A stretch of DNA of 33,480 nucleotides from a virus: the IMG/VR virus record IMGVR_UViG_3300028591_000144. One strand, written 5' to 3'. A program made the translations under genes and the position numbers. Below, in pieces: positions 21,873 through 28,871 of the stretch (positions within the stretch are counted from its first letter, which is position 1; each line of letters begins with the position of its first letter). The notes under the pieces were generated by a model, which was not told where the DNA came from, did no database searches, and was given only the letters and a program-made list of their open reading frames with translations.

Positions 21873-22123
21873 TGAAACAATTTTTTAAAATAGAAAAAAA
21901 ATATACTCCAGAGTGGAATGACTTTCGTAGCTTACTTACAGTAATTAATGTTCTTTTAGTCCTAAAATTTGGATTATCTATTTCATGGATAACTTTTGGA
22001 GTTGCAATTTTAGGAATCTGTAAAGATTTAACTGTAAGTAGACGAATTAATGATTTAATTATGCACTCTGCTAATGCTATTTTAAATGGTTATTTTCTTT
22101 TAATGTTTTATAATATCATATAA
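21869..22123 (+). CDS. two-helix membrane protein (84 aa), tandem paralog 2
   Basis: ORF track. ATGA overlap with upstream gene. Confidence 0.65.
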   Translation: MMKQFFKIEKKYTPEWNDFRSLLTVINVLLVLKFGLSISWITFGVAILGICKDLTVSRRINDLIMHSANAILNGYFLLMFYNII

Positions 22124-22127
22124 TATT

Positions 22128-22160
22128 TAGACCTATTGAAAAATATCAATAGGTCTTTTC
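22128..22160 (+). terminator. rho-independent terminator
   Basis: agacctattg-aaaaatat-caataggtct + TTT. Confidence 0.75.
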
Positions 22161-22200
22161 CACGCCTGCTTCACGCACGTTTCTTACGTGAAGCAGGCGT
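22161..22200 (+). repeat. hairpin-C family member
   Basis: acgcctgcttcacg-cacgtttcttac-gtgaagcaggcgt. Confidence 0.7.
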
Positions 22201-22260
22201 CTTTTACTTTATATATAAATTGCATAATTTCCAGGCTCTTTTTTTGTGTAATATGCCATA

Positions 22261-22289
22261 TTGCAATTTTCCTGATAGTATGTTATATT
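22261..22289 (+). promoter_or_regulatory. sigma70-type promoter TTGCAA-17-TATATT
   Basis: Hexamers read from sequence. Confidence 0.7.
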
Positions 22290-22320
22290 ATATTTAACCA
22301 AGAGAAAGGAAGAAAAAATA

Positions 22321-22863
22321 ATGAAGAAAATGAATTGCGTTCATCCTCGCAGAGCTTATAACCTGATGAAGTCTTTTATTAATACTGCCTCTGATATGAT
22401 TTACATGATTGATGATGAAACTGAAAAGGCAGAAATTCTTTTGCATAAAGGAGATAGTTTTATGGCTCTTCTTGGAGAGTGCATAAACTACGATAGCGAA
22501 CAGGAAATTTATTATAATTTTCCTGAACTGTGGGCTGAATCTTCTAAAATTTTTCGTGAGTATTGGTGCGCTAAATGCCCTATGTTGAAAGGGTTCTCTG
22601 ATATTACAATTTCTTTGCTTCATGAGCTGGGGCATCTTGAAACCAATGATGCAGTAAGAGAATATTTTCCAATTCATATCAGAAACCTCGCTATTAAAGG
22701 GGCAGAGGCTGTTGCTTCTAATTATAAAGAATTAAATTTTATTTATTTTGATCTTCCTGATGAAAAAGCAGCCACTGAATGGGCTATTGAATGGCTGTCT
22801 GATGCAGAAAATCGTAAAATTACTAAAAAATTTGAAAAAGAGTTTTTTAAGTGTTTTAAATAA
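22321..22863 (+). CDS. putative zinc metallopeptidase (HExxH) family protein (180 aa)
   Basis: ORF track. Motif LLHELGHLE (HExxH). Size and motif fit ImmA/IrrE-like or SprT-like small metallopeptidases. Confidence 0.65.
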   Translation: MKKMNCVHPRRAYNLMKSFINTASDMIYMIDDETEKAEILLHKGDSFMALLGECINYDSEQEIYYNFPELWAESSKIFREYWCAKCPMLKGFSDITISLLHELGHLETNDAVREYFPIHIRNLAIKGAEAVASNYKELNFIYFDLPDEKAATEWAIEWLSDAENRKITKKFEKEFFKCFK

Positions 22864-22904
22864 TAATTAAAAATAAATTATAAAGATAAGGGGCTGTCTT
22901 TAAG

Positions 22905-22943
22905 GCGGCTCCTTTGCGCGCGTTCCCTGCGCAAAGGAGCCGA
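22905..22943 (+). repeat. hairpin-C family member
   Basis: ggcggctcctttgcgcgc-gttccc-tgcgcaaaggagccg. Confidence 0.7.
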
Positions 22944-23003
22944 GTTTAAGTTATTGTAAAAAAAGCATAATTTTTTATATTTATTTTTGTATAATTTAAC
23001 ATA

Positions 23004-23032
23004 TTGCATTTTTCCTAATATTATAGTATAAT
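23004..23032 (+). promoter_or_regulatory. sigma70-type promoter TTGCAT-17-TATAAT
   Basis: Hexamers read from sequence. Confidence 0.7.
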
Positions 23033-23064
23033 AAGATCAAAGAATAAAAAAAAGGAGATAAAAA

Positions 23065-23217
23065 ATGTATTATACAATTCTCTATTATAAAGATTGGCCT
23101 GTGCATACTTCTAAAAAGTTTGAAACTTGGGAAGAGGCTAATAACTGGGGAAAAGAACACATTAGGAAGAAACACGGTTCAAATAAATATAAATGGTATA
23201 AAATAAAAGCAGATTAA
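23065..23217 (+). CDS. basic Trp/Tyr-rich small protein (50 aa)
   Basis: SD AAAAGGAGATAAAAA. Manual ORF. Confidence 0.5.
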   Translation: MYYTILYYKDWPVHTSKKFETWEEANNWGKEHIRKKHGSNKYKWYKIKAD

Positions 23218-23278
23218 AAAACTGCTTTTATTTATACATCGAATCAAAAAGAAAAATAAAAAAATCTTAAAAAACTAC

Positions 23279-23307
23279 TTGACAAATTGTCAGGACTATA
23301 CTATAAT
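23279..23307 (+). promoter_or_regulatory. sigma70-type promoter TTGACA-17-TATAAT
   Basis: Hexamers read from sequence. Confidence 0.8.
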
Positions 23308-23341
23308 GAAATCACAAAAGAGATAAAGGAGATAAAAAAAA

Positions 23342-23506
23342 ATGAAAGTAAAAGAATTGATCGAACTGCTTAAGACCTATGATGAAGATACTACAGTTTA
23401 TGTTTGGGACGAGACAGGATATTATGGGAAAAAAATTATAGTAAATAATCAGAATTATAAGTTTACAGAAGAAAAAGCTATTCTTTTAGATCACCTTGAT
23501 TTTTAA
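23342..23506 (+). CDS. hypothetical protein (54 aa), N-terminus paralogous to 24786
   Basis: SD AAAGGAGATAAAAAAAA. MKVKELIELLKTYDED matches MTVKELMNILSKYDED. Confidence 0.55.
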   Translation: MKVKELIELLKTYDEDTTVYVWDETGYYGKKIIVNNQNYKFTEEKAILLDHLDF

Positions 23507-23517
23507 TAAAAAACTTA

Positions 23518-23546
23518 TTGACAAATAGTCCGGTCTGTACTATAAT
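23518..23546 (+). promoter_or_regulatory. sigma70-type promoter TTGACA-17-TATAAT
   Basis: Hexamers read from sequence. Confidence 0.8.
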
Positions 23547-23580
23547 ATAGATAGAAAGCAAGAGAAAAGGAGATAAAAAA

Positions 23581-23853
23581 ATGGATTTTTTTGAACTTGT
23601 CACAATAGAACCTGTTTATGGTCTTTGCCATTATTATTACTTTTATCCTGTTGGGGTACATCATACATGGTATTTGACTCTTGATAGCAACTATCCTAGT
23701 AAGTTGCTGATGTTAATTAAAGACAGAAATGAAACGCCCCTTTATTTAACCAAAATTTCTTTCTTTCAGTATATTAAAAATAAGTATCTACGAAAAGCAA
23801 CGAGCCGTTTCTTTTATGGAAAACGTATAAATTGGGAAAAAGAGAAACTTTAA
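23581..23853 (+). CDS. hypothetical protein (90 aa)
   Basis: ORF track. SD AAAAGGAGATAAAAAA. Confidence 0.65.
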   Translation: MDFFELVTIEPVYGLCHYYYFYPVGVHHTWYLTLDSNYPSKLLMLIKDRNETPLYLTKISFFQYIKNKYLRKATSRFFYGKRINWEKEKL

Positions 23854-23881
23854 AAAAGTTTCTCTTTTTTAAAAAAAAGTA

Positions 23882-23910
23882 TTGACGAATGACCGGGCCT
23901 GTGCTATAAT
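23882..23910 (+). promoter_or_regulatory. sigma70-type promoter TTGACG-17-TATAAT
   Basis: Hexamers read from sequence. Confidence 0.75.
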
Positions 23911-23942
23911 GAAATTACAAAAGAGAAAAGGAGATAAAAAAA

Positions 23943-24098
23943 ATGAAAAAGTATATTATCACTTATCGTTCTTTTAAAACCCACTGGGATAAAGAAGTCT
24001 ATACTGAAAAAGAAAAAGAGATAGCAGAATGGCGTTTCAATTCTTTAATGGAATGTGAAAATGCTGATAATGTAAAAATGGAAATTAGAGAAGATTAA
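23943..24098 (+). CDS. hypothetical protein (51 aa)
   Basis: SD AAAAGGAGATAAAAAAA. Manual ORF. Confidence 0.55.
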   Translation: MKKYIITYRSFKTHWDKEVYTEKEKEIAEWRFNSLMECENADNVKMEIRED

Positions 24099-24127
24099 AA
24101 AAGTCTTCTCTTTTTTTTAAAAATATA

Positions 24128-24156
24128 TTGACAAATAACCAGTCTTGTGCTATACA
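24128..24156 (+). promoter_or_regulatory. sigma70-type promoter TTGACA-17-TATACA
   Basis: Hexamers read from sequence. Followed immediately by terminator 24157-24188. Confidence 0.6.
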
Positions 24157-24188
24157 GACCCTTACACTGAGTAAGGGTCATTTTTTTT

Positions 24189-24250
24189 GGCAACTTACGC
24201 TCAGCCGCGCGCTGGCCGGCGTCCCTGGGTCAGCGCGCGGTTTTTGACGT
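24189..24250 (+). other. GC-rich (about 75 percent) island with hairpin ccgcgcgctg...cagcgcgcgg + TTTTT
   Basis: Composition sharply unlike flanks. Non-coding. Lies between two promoters. Confidence 0.5.
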
Positions 24251-24298
24251 GTAGTATAATCCAGAAAATTTTTGTGCATTTTGACGAACGATTTAGAG

Positions 24299-24327
24299 TT
24301 GACAACTACGCCCGAATGTGGTATAGT
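24299..24327 (+). promoter_or_regulatory. sigma70-type promoter TTGACA-17-TATAGT (TG-extended)
   Basis: Hexamers read from sequence. Confidence 0.7.
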
Positions 24328-24358
24328 ATAAGCACAAAAAGAAAAGGAGATACAAATC

Positions 24359-24559
24359 ATGGAAGAATTTAATAATTTTGAAATCTTTTTCCGTACTCGT
24401 AATAGTTGTGTTATTAAGGTGCCTAAAAATCTTAAAAATAAAAATGAGATTAGAGAATTTATTATTGATAAAATTATTAATGATGAATTAGAAAGCTGGA
24501 TTGATAAATGGTTTGATTTTGAAATTGAAGATTTTGAAATTGTAGAAGAGGAAGAATAA
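24359..24559 (+). CDS. acidic protein (66 aa)
   Basis: ORF track. SD AAAAGGAGATAC. Confidence 0.65.
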   Translation: MEEFNNFEIFFRTRNSCVIKVPKNLKNKNEIREFIIDKIINDELESWIDKWFDFEIEDFEIVEEEE

Positions 24560-24562
24560 AAA

Positions 24563-24766
24563 ATGTATAAAACAGTATGGAGCATTTATTATAATGGAGA
24601 CAAAACAGAGCTGACTTGGTATCATTTTGGTTCTGCTCCTAAATTCCCTACTTGGTACATGGAAGCAAATACAGTTTATGAGATTGAAATGATTTGGAAT
24701 GTGAAACTTGTTTTCAATTTCAATACATTTATGAAGTGTCTGACTCATACTTACATTATAAAATAA
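24563..24766 (+). CDS. hypothetical protein (67 aa)
   Basis: ORF track. SD AGAGGAAGAATA. Confidence 0.6.
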   Translation: MYKTVWSIYYNGDKTELTWYHFGSAPKFPTWYMEANTVYEIEMIWNVKLVFNFNTFMKCLTHTYIIK

Positions 24767-24785
24767 AAAAAAAGGAGATAATAAA

Positions 24786-24992
24786 ATGACTGTTAAAGAA
24801 TTAATGAATATCCTGAGCAAGTATGATGAGGATATGATTGTCCGCGTAATTGGCGGCGAAAGTGAATCCGGTGAGTGGGCCGAACTGGAAGTCGGAAAGG
24901 AAATCAAAAGGCCTTTTATCGATTGCGAAGGTATAGAGAGATGGTTTTACACTGACTTTGATGGTGAAGTCATCCTGGAAGAGAGCTACTAA
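24786..24992 (+). CDS. acidic protein (68 aa)
   Basis: ORF track. SD AAAAGGAGATAAT. Confidence 0.65.
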   Translation: MTVKELMNILSKYDEDMIVRVIGGESESGEWAELEVGKEIKRPFIDCEGIERWFYTDFDGEVILEESY

Positions 24993-25027
24993 GCTCTCTT
25001 CTTTTGCTTCTAGTTGATAAAAAATAA

Positions 25028-25056
25028 TTGACTTTTATTTTTTTTTATGCTATACT
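25028..25056 (+). promoter_or_regulatory. sigma70-type promoter TTGACT-17-TATACT
   Basis: Hexamers read from sequence. Confidence 0.75.
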
Positions 25057-25088
25057 AAATTATAGTATAATTATAAGGAGTTAAATTA

Positions 25089-25295
25089 ATGAAATTGTTT
25101 CAGGTAAAAATAAAGTATACTTTTGTGAATAGTAAAACGACTTATTTTAGCATTAATTATGTCCTTGCAGAGAATATTGACCACATTGAAGAAATAATTA
25201 AAAACTGGATTACAGAAGAAGACTCTGAAGCTATAATTTTAAACTTTGAGGCGCATGAATTGCCAATGATTGAACAGGTATTGCCGGGCTGGTAA
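25089..25295 (+). CDS. hypothetical protein (68 aa)
   Basis: ORF track. SD TAAGGAGTTA. Confidence 0.6.
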   Translation: MKLFQVKIKYTFVNSKTTYFSINYVLAENIDHIEEIIKNWITEEDSEAIILNFEAHELPMIEQVLPGW

Positions 25296-25328
25296 TACCT
25301 GCTTTTTTTATATTTAGAAAAAAAACTA

Positions 25329-25357
25329 TTGACTTTTTATTTATTATATGTTATTAT
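25329..25357 (+). promoter_or_regulatory. sigma70-type promoter TTGACT-17-TATTAT
   Basis: Hexamers read from sequence. Confidence 0.65.
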
Positions 25358-25390
25358 ATATATAAGATAAATAAAGGAGATAAAAAAATT

Positions 25391-25669
25391 ATGACTTTTA
25401 TTCTTAATAAGTGCTATGGTGGCTGGTCGATTTCTGATTTTGCTAAGGAACAGCTGGGCCTTGATTCTAACTACCCTGACAGGGATGAAGTAGATGAAAA
25501 GAAACTGGCAGAATTGATTAATGAGTATGGCTCTGAGAAGTGCTCTGGACGTAGTGCCTGGCTTAAAATAGTTGAAATCCCTGATAATGCTACCGATTGG
25601 GACATTGATGAGTATGATGGCATTGAAAGAATCGTCTATGTTATTGATGGGAAACTAAGGTATGCCTAA
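25391..25669 (+). CDS. acidic protein (92 aa)
   Basis: ORF track. SD AAAGGAGATAAAAAAATT. Confidence 0.65.
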   Translation: MTFILNKCYGGWSISDFAKEQLGLDSNYPDRDEVDEKKLAELINEYGSEKCSGRSAWLKIVEIPDNATDWDIDEYDGIERIVYVIDGKLRYA

Positions 25670-25677
25670 TTAAATAT

Positions 25678-25710
25678 AAAGAAGGAAGAAAATATTCTTC
25701 CTTCTTTTTA
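25678..25710 (+). terminator. rho-independent terminator
   Basis: gaaggaagaaaatattcttccttc + TTTTT. Confidence 0.8.
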
Positions 25711-25711
25711 A

Positions 25712-25750
25712 AGCGCTGGGTCTTCGAGTGCTTGCACCCGAAGACTCAGC
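25712..25750 (+). repeat. hairpin-C family member
   Basis: gcgctgggtcttcg-agtgcttgcacc-cgaagactcagcg + TCTTTAAG. Near-identical copy at 27272. Confidence 0.7.
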
Positions 25751-25812
25751 GTCTTTAAGCTTTTTATATAAAATGTACAATTTCCAGGATTATTTTTTGT
25801 ATAATATTACCT

Positions 25813-25841
25813 ATTGCTTTTTTCCTGAAATAGTAGTATAC
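25813..25841 (+). promoter_or_regulatory. sigma70-type promoter TTGCTT-17-TATACT driving a non-coding region
   Basis: Hexamers read from sequence. Confidence 0.6.
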
Positions 25842-25847
25842 TATAAT

Positions 25848-26135
25848 CGTTCCAAGGGAAATGCACTTAATCCTTGAGAACAGTGTGAATGGACAATACA
25901 CTTGACTTCGAACACACTATAATCAAAAGAAGATAGTGTTGACTTTGGGACTTTTACCAGTTTATATTTTTGTTTCAAAAGGCAAACAAAGGGAGAATAA
26001 ACTGGCGCTCGGCAGGCGTTTAGTGCAAAACTGCCTGCCGATGTGTGAAATGCGCTTACCAAAAAAATAGAAAAAAAGATTAAAAAAATTGGAAAAACGC
26101 ACTTAACTTTTGTTTTTAATAATCATATAGAAAGT
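25848..26135 (+). ncRNA. candidate non-coding RNA locus (family 2, copy 1), upstream of tRNA-like gene
   Basis: Own promoter and no credible ORF. Starts ATAATCGTTCCAAGGGAAA. Contains stem-loop ggcaggc...gcctgcc. Homologous start at 27401. Confidence 0.45.
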
Positions 26136-26214
26136 GAGAAGAACCTTTGACAGGCAAAGGTCACTGTTCGAGTCAGTAAAGTGGTCACGATGGGTTCAAC
26201 TCCCATTCTTCTCA
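26136..26214 (+). tRNA. tRNA-like gene, best fit anticodon CGA (Ser). 79 nt, no encoded CCA
   Basis: Cloverleaf folded by hand. Perfect 7-bp acceptor gagaaga/tcttctc. D-arm cttt-gacaggc-aaag. Anticodon loop TTCGAGT (U33, R37). T-arm atggg-TTCAACT-cccat. Variable arm of 11 nt is atypical for Ser. Confidence 0.55.
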
Positions 26215-26230
26215 AAAAACAAAAAGATAC

Positions 26231-26259
26231 TTGATAAATTACCAAAAGTATGGTATAAT
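26231..26259 (+). promoter_or_regulatory. sigma70-type promoter TTGATA-17-TATAAT (TG-extended) with about 125-nt purine/pyrimidine-tract leader
   Basis: Hexamers read from sequence. Leader contains agagagaagagagaa and ttcttctctctctt complementary tracts. Confidence 0.7.
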
Positions 26260-26384
26260 GAATATGTAAGATAAAGAGAGAAGAGAGAAAGGTCTTAATT
26301 AAAAAGTCAAAAAGACGCCGCTGCAATGTTCAGCTGGTTGACAACGTTCTTCTCTCTCTTACAAAAAACAAAGGAGAAACTAAA

Positions 26385-26576
26385 ATGGCTATCGCACATG
26401 TTACTTTTACTTGTTATTACAATTATGAAGTAGAAATTGACGATACTCTTTATGATGAAGACCCCTGGGCGGCTGAAGAGCAAGCTATTGAGGATGCCTA
26501 TGAACAGTATAAAGCTATTAAAAGTCGTCCTGTTGCAGATACTACATACGATGAAGTAGAAGTTGAATTTGAGTAA
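26385..26576 (+). CDS. highly acidic protein (63 aa)
   Basis: ORF track. SD AAAGGAGAAAC. Confidence 0.65.
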   Translation: MAIAHVTFTCYYNYEVEIDDTLYDEDPWAAEEQAIEDAYEQYKAIKSRPVADTTYDEVEVEFE

Positions 26577-26621
26577 ATGACTTCTTTAGTGAAGGATGTA
26601 ATAACTTAAAAAATCTAAAAC

Positions 26622-26700
26622 AATTTTGTCAGAGGGAGAAATAATGAGGCAGTAGTAGAGTAAGACCTCAACAAGGTTTAATAAACGCCCTCTGACAAAA
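26622..26700 (+). other. long stem-loop (13-bp stem ttttgtcagaggg/ccctctgacaaaa, about 51-nt loop)
   Basis: Inverted repeat read from sequence. No T-run on either strand. Confidence 0.5.
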
Positions 26701-26714
26701 AATTTAAAAAGATC

Positions 26715-26743
26715 TTGACAACATTTTAAAGGTATGCTATAAT
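26715..26743 (+). promoter_or_regulatory. sigma70-type promoter TTGACA-17-TATAAT
   Basis: Hexamers read from sequence. Confidence 0.8.
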
Positions 26744-26780
26744 AAAATTACAAGAAAAAAAAGAGAAAAGGAGATAAAAA

Positions 26781-27251
26781 ATGAATAATGAAGTTATTAA
26801 AGCAATGAATAAAAAGTCTCCAAAAGAAAGCGATTTCAAAAAGTGGTGGAAAAAGAACGGTTATAAAGTTAGGCGGATTGTGTTCTTCCCCATATGGGCC
26901 TTTGTGTGGAGCAAAGATAAAATCAAAGCCTATCTCAATTCCCGCACCGAGTGGAGCGAAAGCAAAGCTAATGAAATCCTTAACTACTATGTTCCCCGTT
27001 TTGCTTGTTGGGATAATGAAGATAAAATTTTTTATTTTTTCGATAATGGATACGGATGGTCAATGGATTTCGCTAAAAGATATTTAAAACTTAAAGACCG
27101 TAGATTCTGGAAACTCTATGCCAGTTGGGGCGGCGCTCAAGTTCGTGATTATCTTATCAATAATTTTGAACTTGATGGATTTACAAAAGAAGTCGGCAAT
27201 TGCTATGATGGCTGGACTGAAATTACTTTCAGAATGAAAGCAGAGGAGTAA
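26781..27251 (+). CDS. Trp-rich basic protein (156 aa)
   Basis: ORF track. SD AAAGGAGATAAAAA. Confidence 0.7.
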   Translation: MNNEVIKAMNKKSPKESDFKKWWKKNGYKVRRIVFFPIWAFVWSKDKIKAYLNSRTEWSESKANEILNYYVPRFACWDNEDKIFYFFDNGYGWSMDFAKRYLKLKDRRFWKLYASWGGAQVRDYLINNFELDGFTKEVGNCYDGWTEITFRMKAEE

Positions 27252-27268
27252 AAATCCTCTGCTTTTTT
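27243..27268 (+). terminator. rho-independent terminator
   Basis: gcagagga-gtaaaaat-cctctgc + TTTTTT. Confidence 0.8.
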
Positions 27269-27271
27269 AAA

Positions 27272-27310
27272 GCGCTGGGTCTTCGAGCGCTTGCACCCGA
27301 AGACCCAGCG
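27272..27310 (+). repeat. hairpin-C family member
   Basis: gcgctgggtcttcg-agcgcttgcacc-cgaagacccagcg + TCTTTAAG. Confidence 0.7.
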
Positions 27311-27371
27311 TCTTTAAGTTTTTTATATAAAATGTACAATTTCCAGGATGATTTTTTGTATAATATTACCT

Positions 27372-27400
27372 ATTGCTTTTTTCCTAAAATAGTAGTATAT
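27372..27400 (+). promoter_or_regulatory. sigma70-type promoter TTGCTT-17-TATATT driving a non-coding region
   Basis: Hexamers read from sequence. Confidence 0.6.
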
Positions 27401-27690
27401 TATAATTGTCCCAAGGAAAAGGGAAGTGATATCACCTGAGTAGCAAAAGGACTGGACAGCAAGCTTTCAGTGGTTAGAACTGTCAAGTACAAAAAAATTT
27501 CGAACTGATGGCTTTTAGGAGTATCGTCTTGCCAAGTGACGAGAGATTGTTGGAAAGAAAATAATCTCTAAAGGAATTGGTTGACCTTTAGATTTATGGT
27601 TAAGTAGATATTACTGTGGGTGACAGGTTTTGATTTCCAAGAAGGAAAACGAAAATTGACAGGAACCCTAAAAAATCCAAAAAAATCTAT
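27401..27690 (+). ncRNA. candidate non-coding RNA locus (family 2, copy 2)
   Basis: Own promoter and no ORF. Starts ATAATTGTCCCAAGGAAAAGG. Contains a tRNA D-arm-like fragment TCAGTGGTTAGAACTG but no complete cloverleaf. Confidence 0.4.
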
Positions 27691-27718
27691 TGACAAGCAG
27701 TAATTTATGTGGTATACT
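27690..27718 (+). promoter_or_regulatory. sigma70-type promoter TTGACA-17-TATACT (TG-extended)
   Basis: Hexamers read from sequence. Confidence 0.8.
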
Positions 27719-27752
27719 TAAATTACAAAAAAGATAAGAGAGGTAGCGCAAG

Positions 27753-27953
27753 ATGATGAAAATTTTTGAAGTTAAGGTTTATGTGGATGATGGATGGCAG
27801 AGATTCTATACAACCCACAAAGTCCTTGCTAACTGTAAAGTAAGAGCTGGTCAGCTGGCATGTGATTACTGGCAAAAGAAAGACAGCACCAACATTGTCA
27901 AGCTTCAAAGCGTTGAAGAGTTGGAAAACTTTACTGAGGGGGTAATTCTGTAA
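27753..27953 (+). CDS. hypothetical protein (66 aa)
   Basis: ORF track. SD AAGAGAGGTAG. Confidence 0.6.
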   Translation: MMKIFEVKVYVDDGWQRFYTTHKVLANCKVRAGQLACDYWQKKDSTNIVKLQSVEELENFTEGVIL

Positions 27954-28141
27954 TGGCACTTAGTTTAGAAAATCCTACTGTAAGATATTTAATTATTAAG
28001 CTGGCTGAGCTTGCGAAGGCTTATCAGGAGCCGTATGATGAGCATGATATGCCTGCTTACGAAAACAATAAAGAACTTTTCCCCAGGTGGGCAGTTTATA
28101 AAGAAATGCTTATTGATGCATGGAATGGTAAGCTTGATTAA
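27953..28141 (+). CDS. hypothetical protein (62 aa)
   Basis: ORF track. TAATG overlap with upstream gene. Confidence 0.6.
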   Translation: MALSLENPTVRYLIIKLAELAKAYQEPYDEHDMPAYENNKELFPRWAVYKEMLIDAWNGKLD

Positions 28142-28191
28142 GCTTACCATTCTGCCCGGACGCCATTCATAATTTATTTACAATTTCCCTA

Positions 28192-28220
28192 TTGACATTT
28201 TAAGAGTAATGTGCTATATT
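28192..28220 (+). promoter_or_regulatory. sigma70-type promoter TTGACA-17-TATATT (TTCATAATTTATTTACAATT upstream family)
   Basis: Hexamers read from sequence. Confidence 0.75.
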
Positions 28221-28250
28221 ATAATCACCAAGAGAAAAGGAGAATAAAAA

Positions 28251-28397
28251 ATGACGCCATACTGGAAATTAAATTTCATTGAAGCCTATAAACTACATTT
28301 ACGAGCAAGCGCTTTATTTAGCGTTCGACCCTCTAACCCAATAACTTTTCTCTTCCGTTGGATTAAAAAAAGAAAGGAAAATAAAGATGAAAACTAA
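28251..28397 (+). CDS. basic small protein (48 aa)
   Basis: SD AAAAGGAGAATAAAAA. Overlaps start of next gene in another frame. Manual ORF. Confidence 0.45.
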   Translation: MTPYWKLNFIEAYKLHLRASALFSVRPSNPITFLFRWIKKRKENKDEN

Positions 28398-28656
28398 TAA
28401 TCATGAAATTACTGTTATTACTGGTTGCCCTTTCTGCGGCCTTATCCATGAAGTTGAGGTCAACGAGATGGATTATCTCGACTGGCAGGACGATGTTCTG
28501 GTTCAGGATGCATTCCCCTATCTGGACGCCAATGAACGTGAGATGCTGATTTCTGGCATCTGCCCTGACTGCTGGGATAAAATGTTTGGCTCTGATGAAG
28601 AGCCTGATCCCGACGAAAGAGACATTCATGGAAATACTTTTGGGGGTGAAAGATAA
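28387..28656 (+). CDS. zinc-ribbon small protein (89 aa), paralog of the N-terminal domain of 17426-17995
   Basis: ORF track. Motifs CPFCG...VNEMDYLDW...EREMLISGICPDCWD shared with 17426. Confidence 0.7.
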   Translation: MKTNNHEITVITGCPFCGLIHEVEVNEMDYLDWQDDVLVQDAFPYLDANEREMLISGICPDCWDKMFGSDEEPDPDERDIHGNTFGGER

Positions 28657-28865
28657 TGAAAATTGGTATCATTGGTGGCGTTCGTGTCCATGTAGGCGAT
28701 GCTATTCAAGCCCTTGGTCATACTTACACTGTGAGCAAAATTATTTATCAAGATTGCTTTAACGGCAATTATGACGTTGAGTTTCTTGACCCTTCTGGTG
28801 GCTATCACCATTGGAAATCTGAATTTGATGGGGGATGCATTATCCCTAATAACGGAGAGGAGTAA
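28656..28865 (+). CDS. hypothetical protein (69 aa)
   Basis: ORF track. TAATG overlap. Confidence 0.6.
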   Translation: MKIGIIGGVRVHVGDAIQALGHTYTVSKIIYQDCFNGNYDVEFLDPSGGYHHWKSEFDGGCIIPNNGEE

Positions 28866-28871
28866 AAAAAA

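Noticed and set aside
27440-27520. A second tRNA in the 27401-27690 non-coding locus
   Set aside because: Only a D-arm-like stretch (TCAGTGGTTAGAACTG) is present. No T-arm (GGTTCRANYCC) or acceptor pairing could be assembled. At most it is a decayed tRNA remnant.
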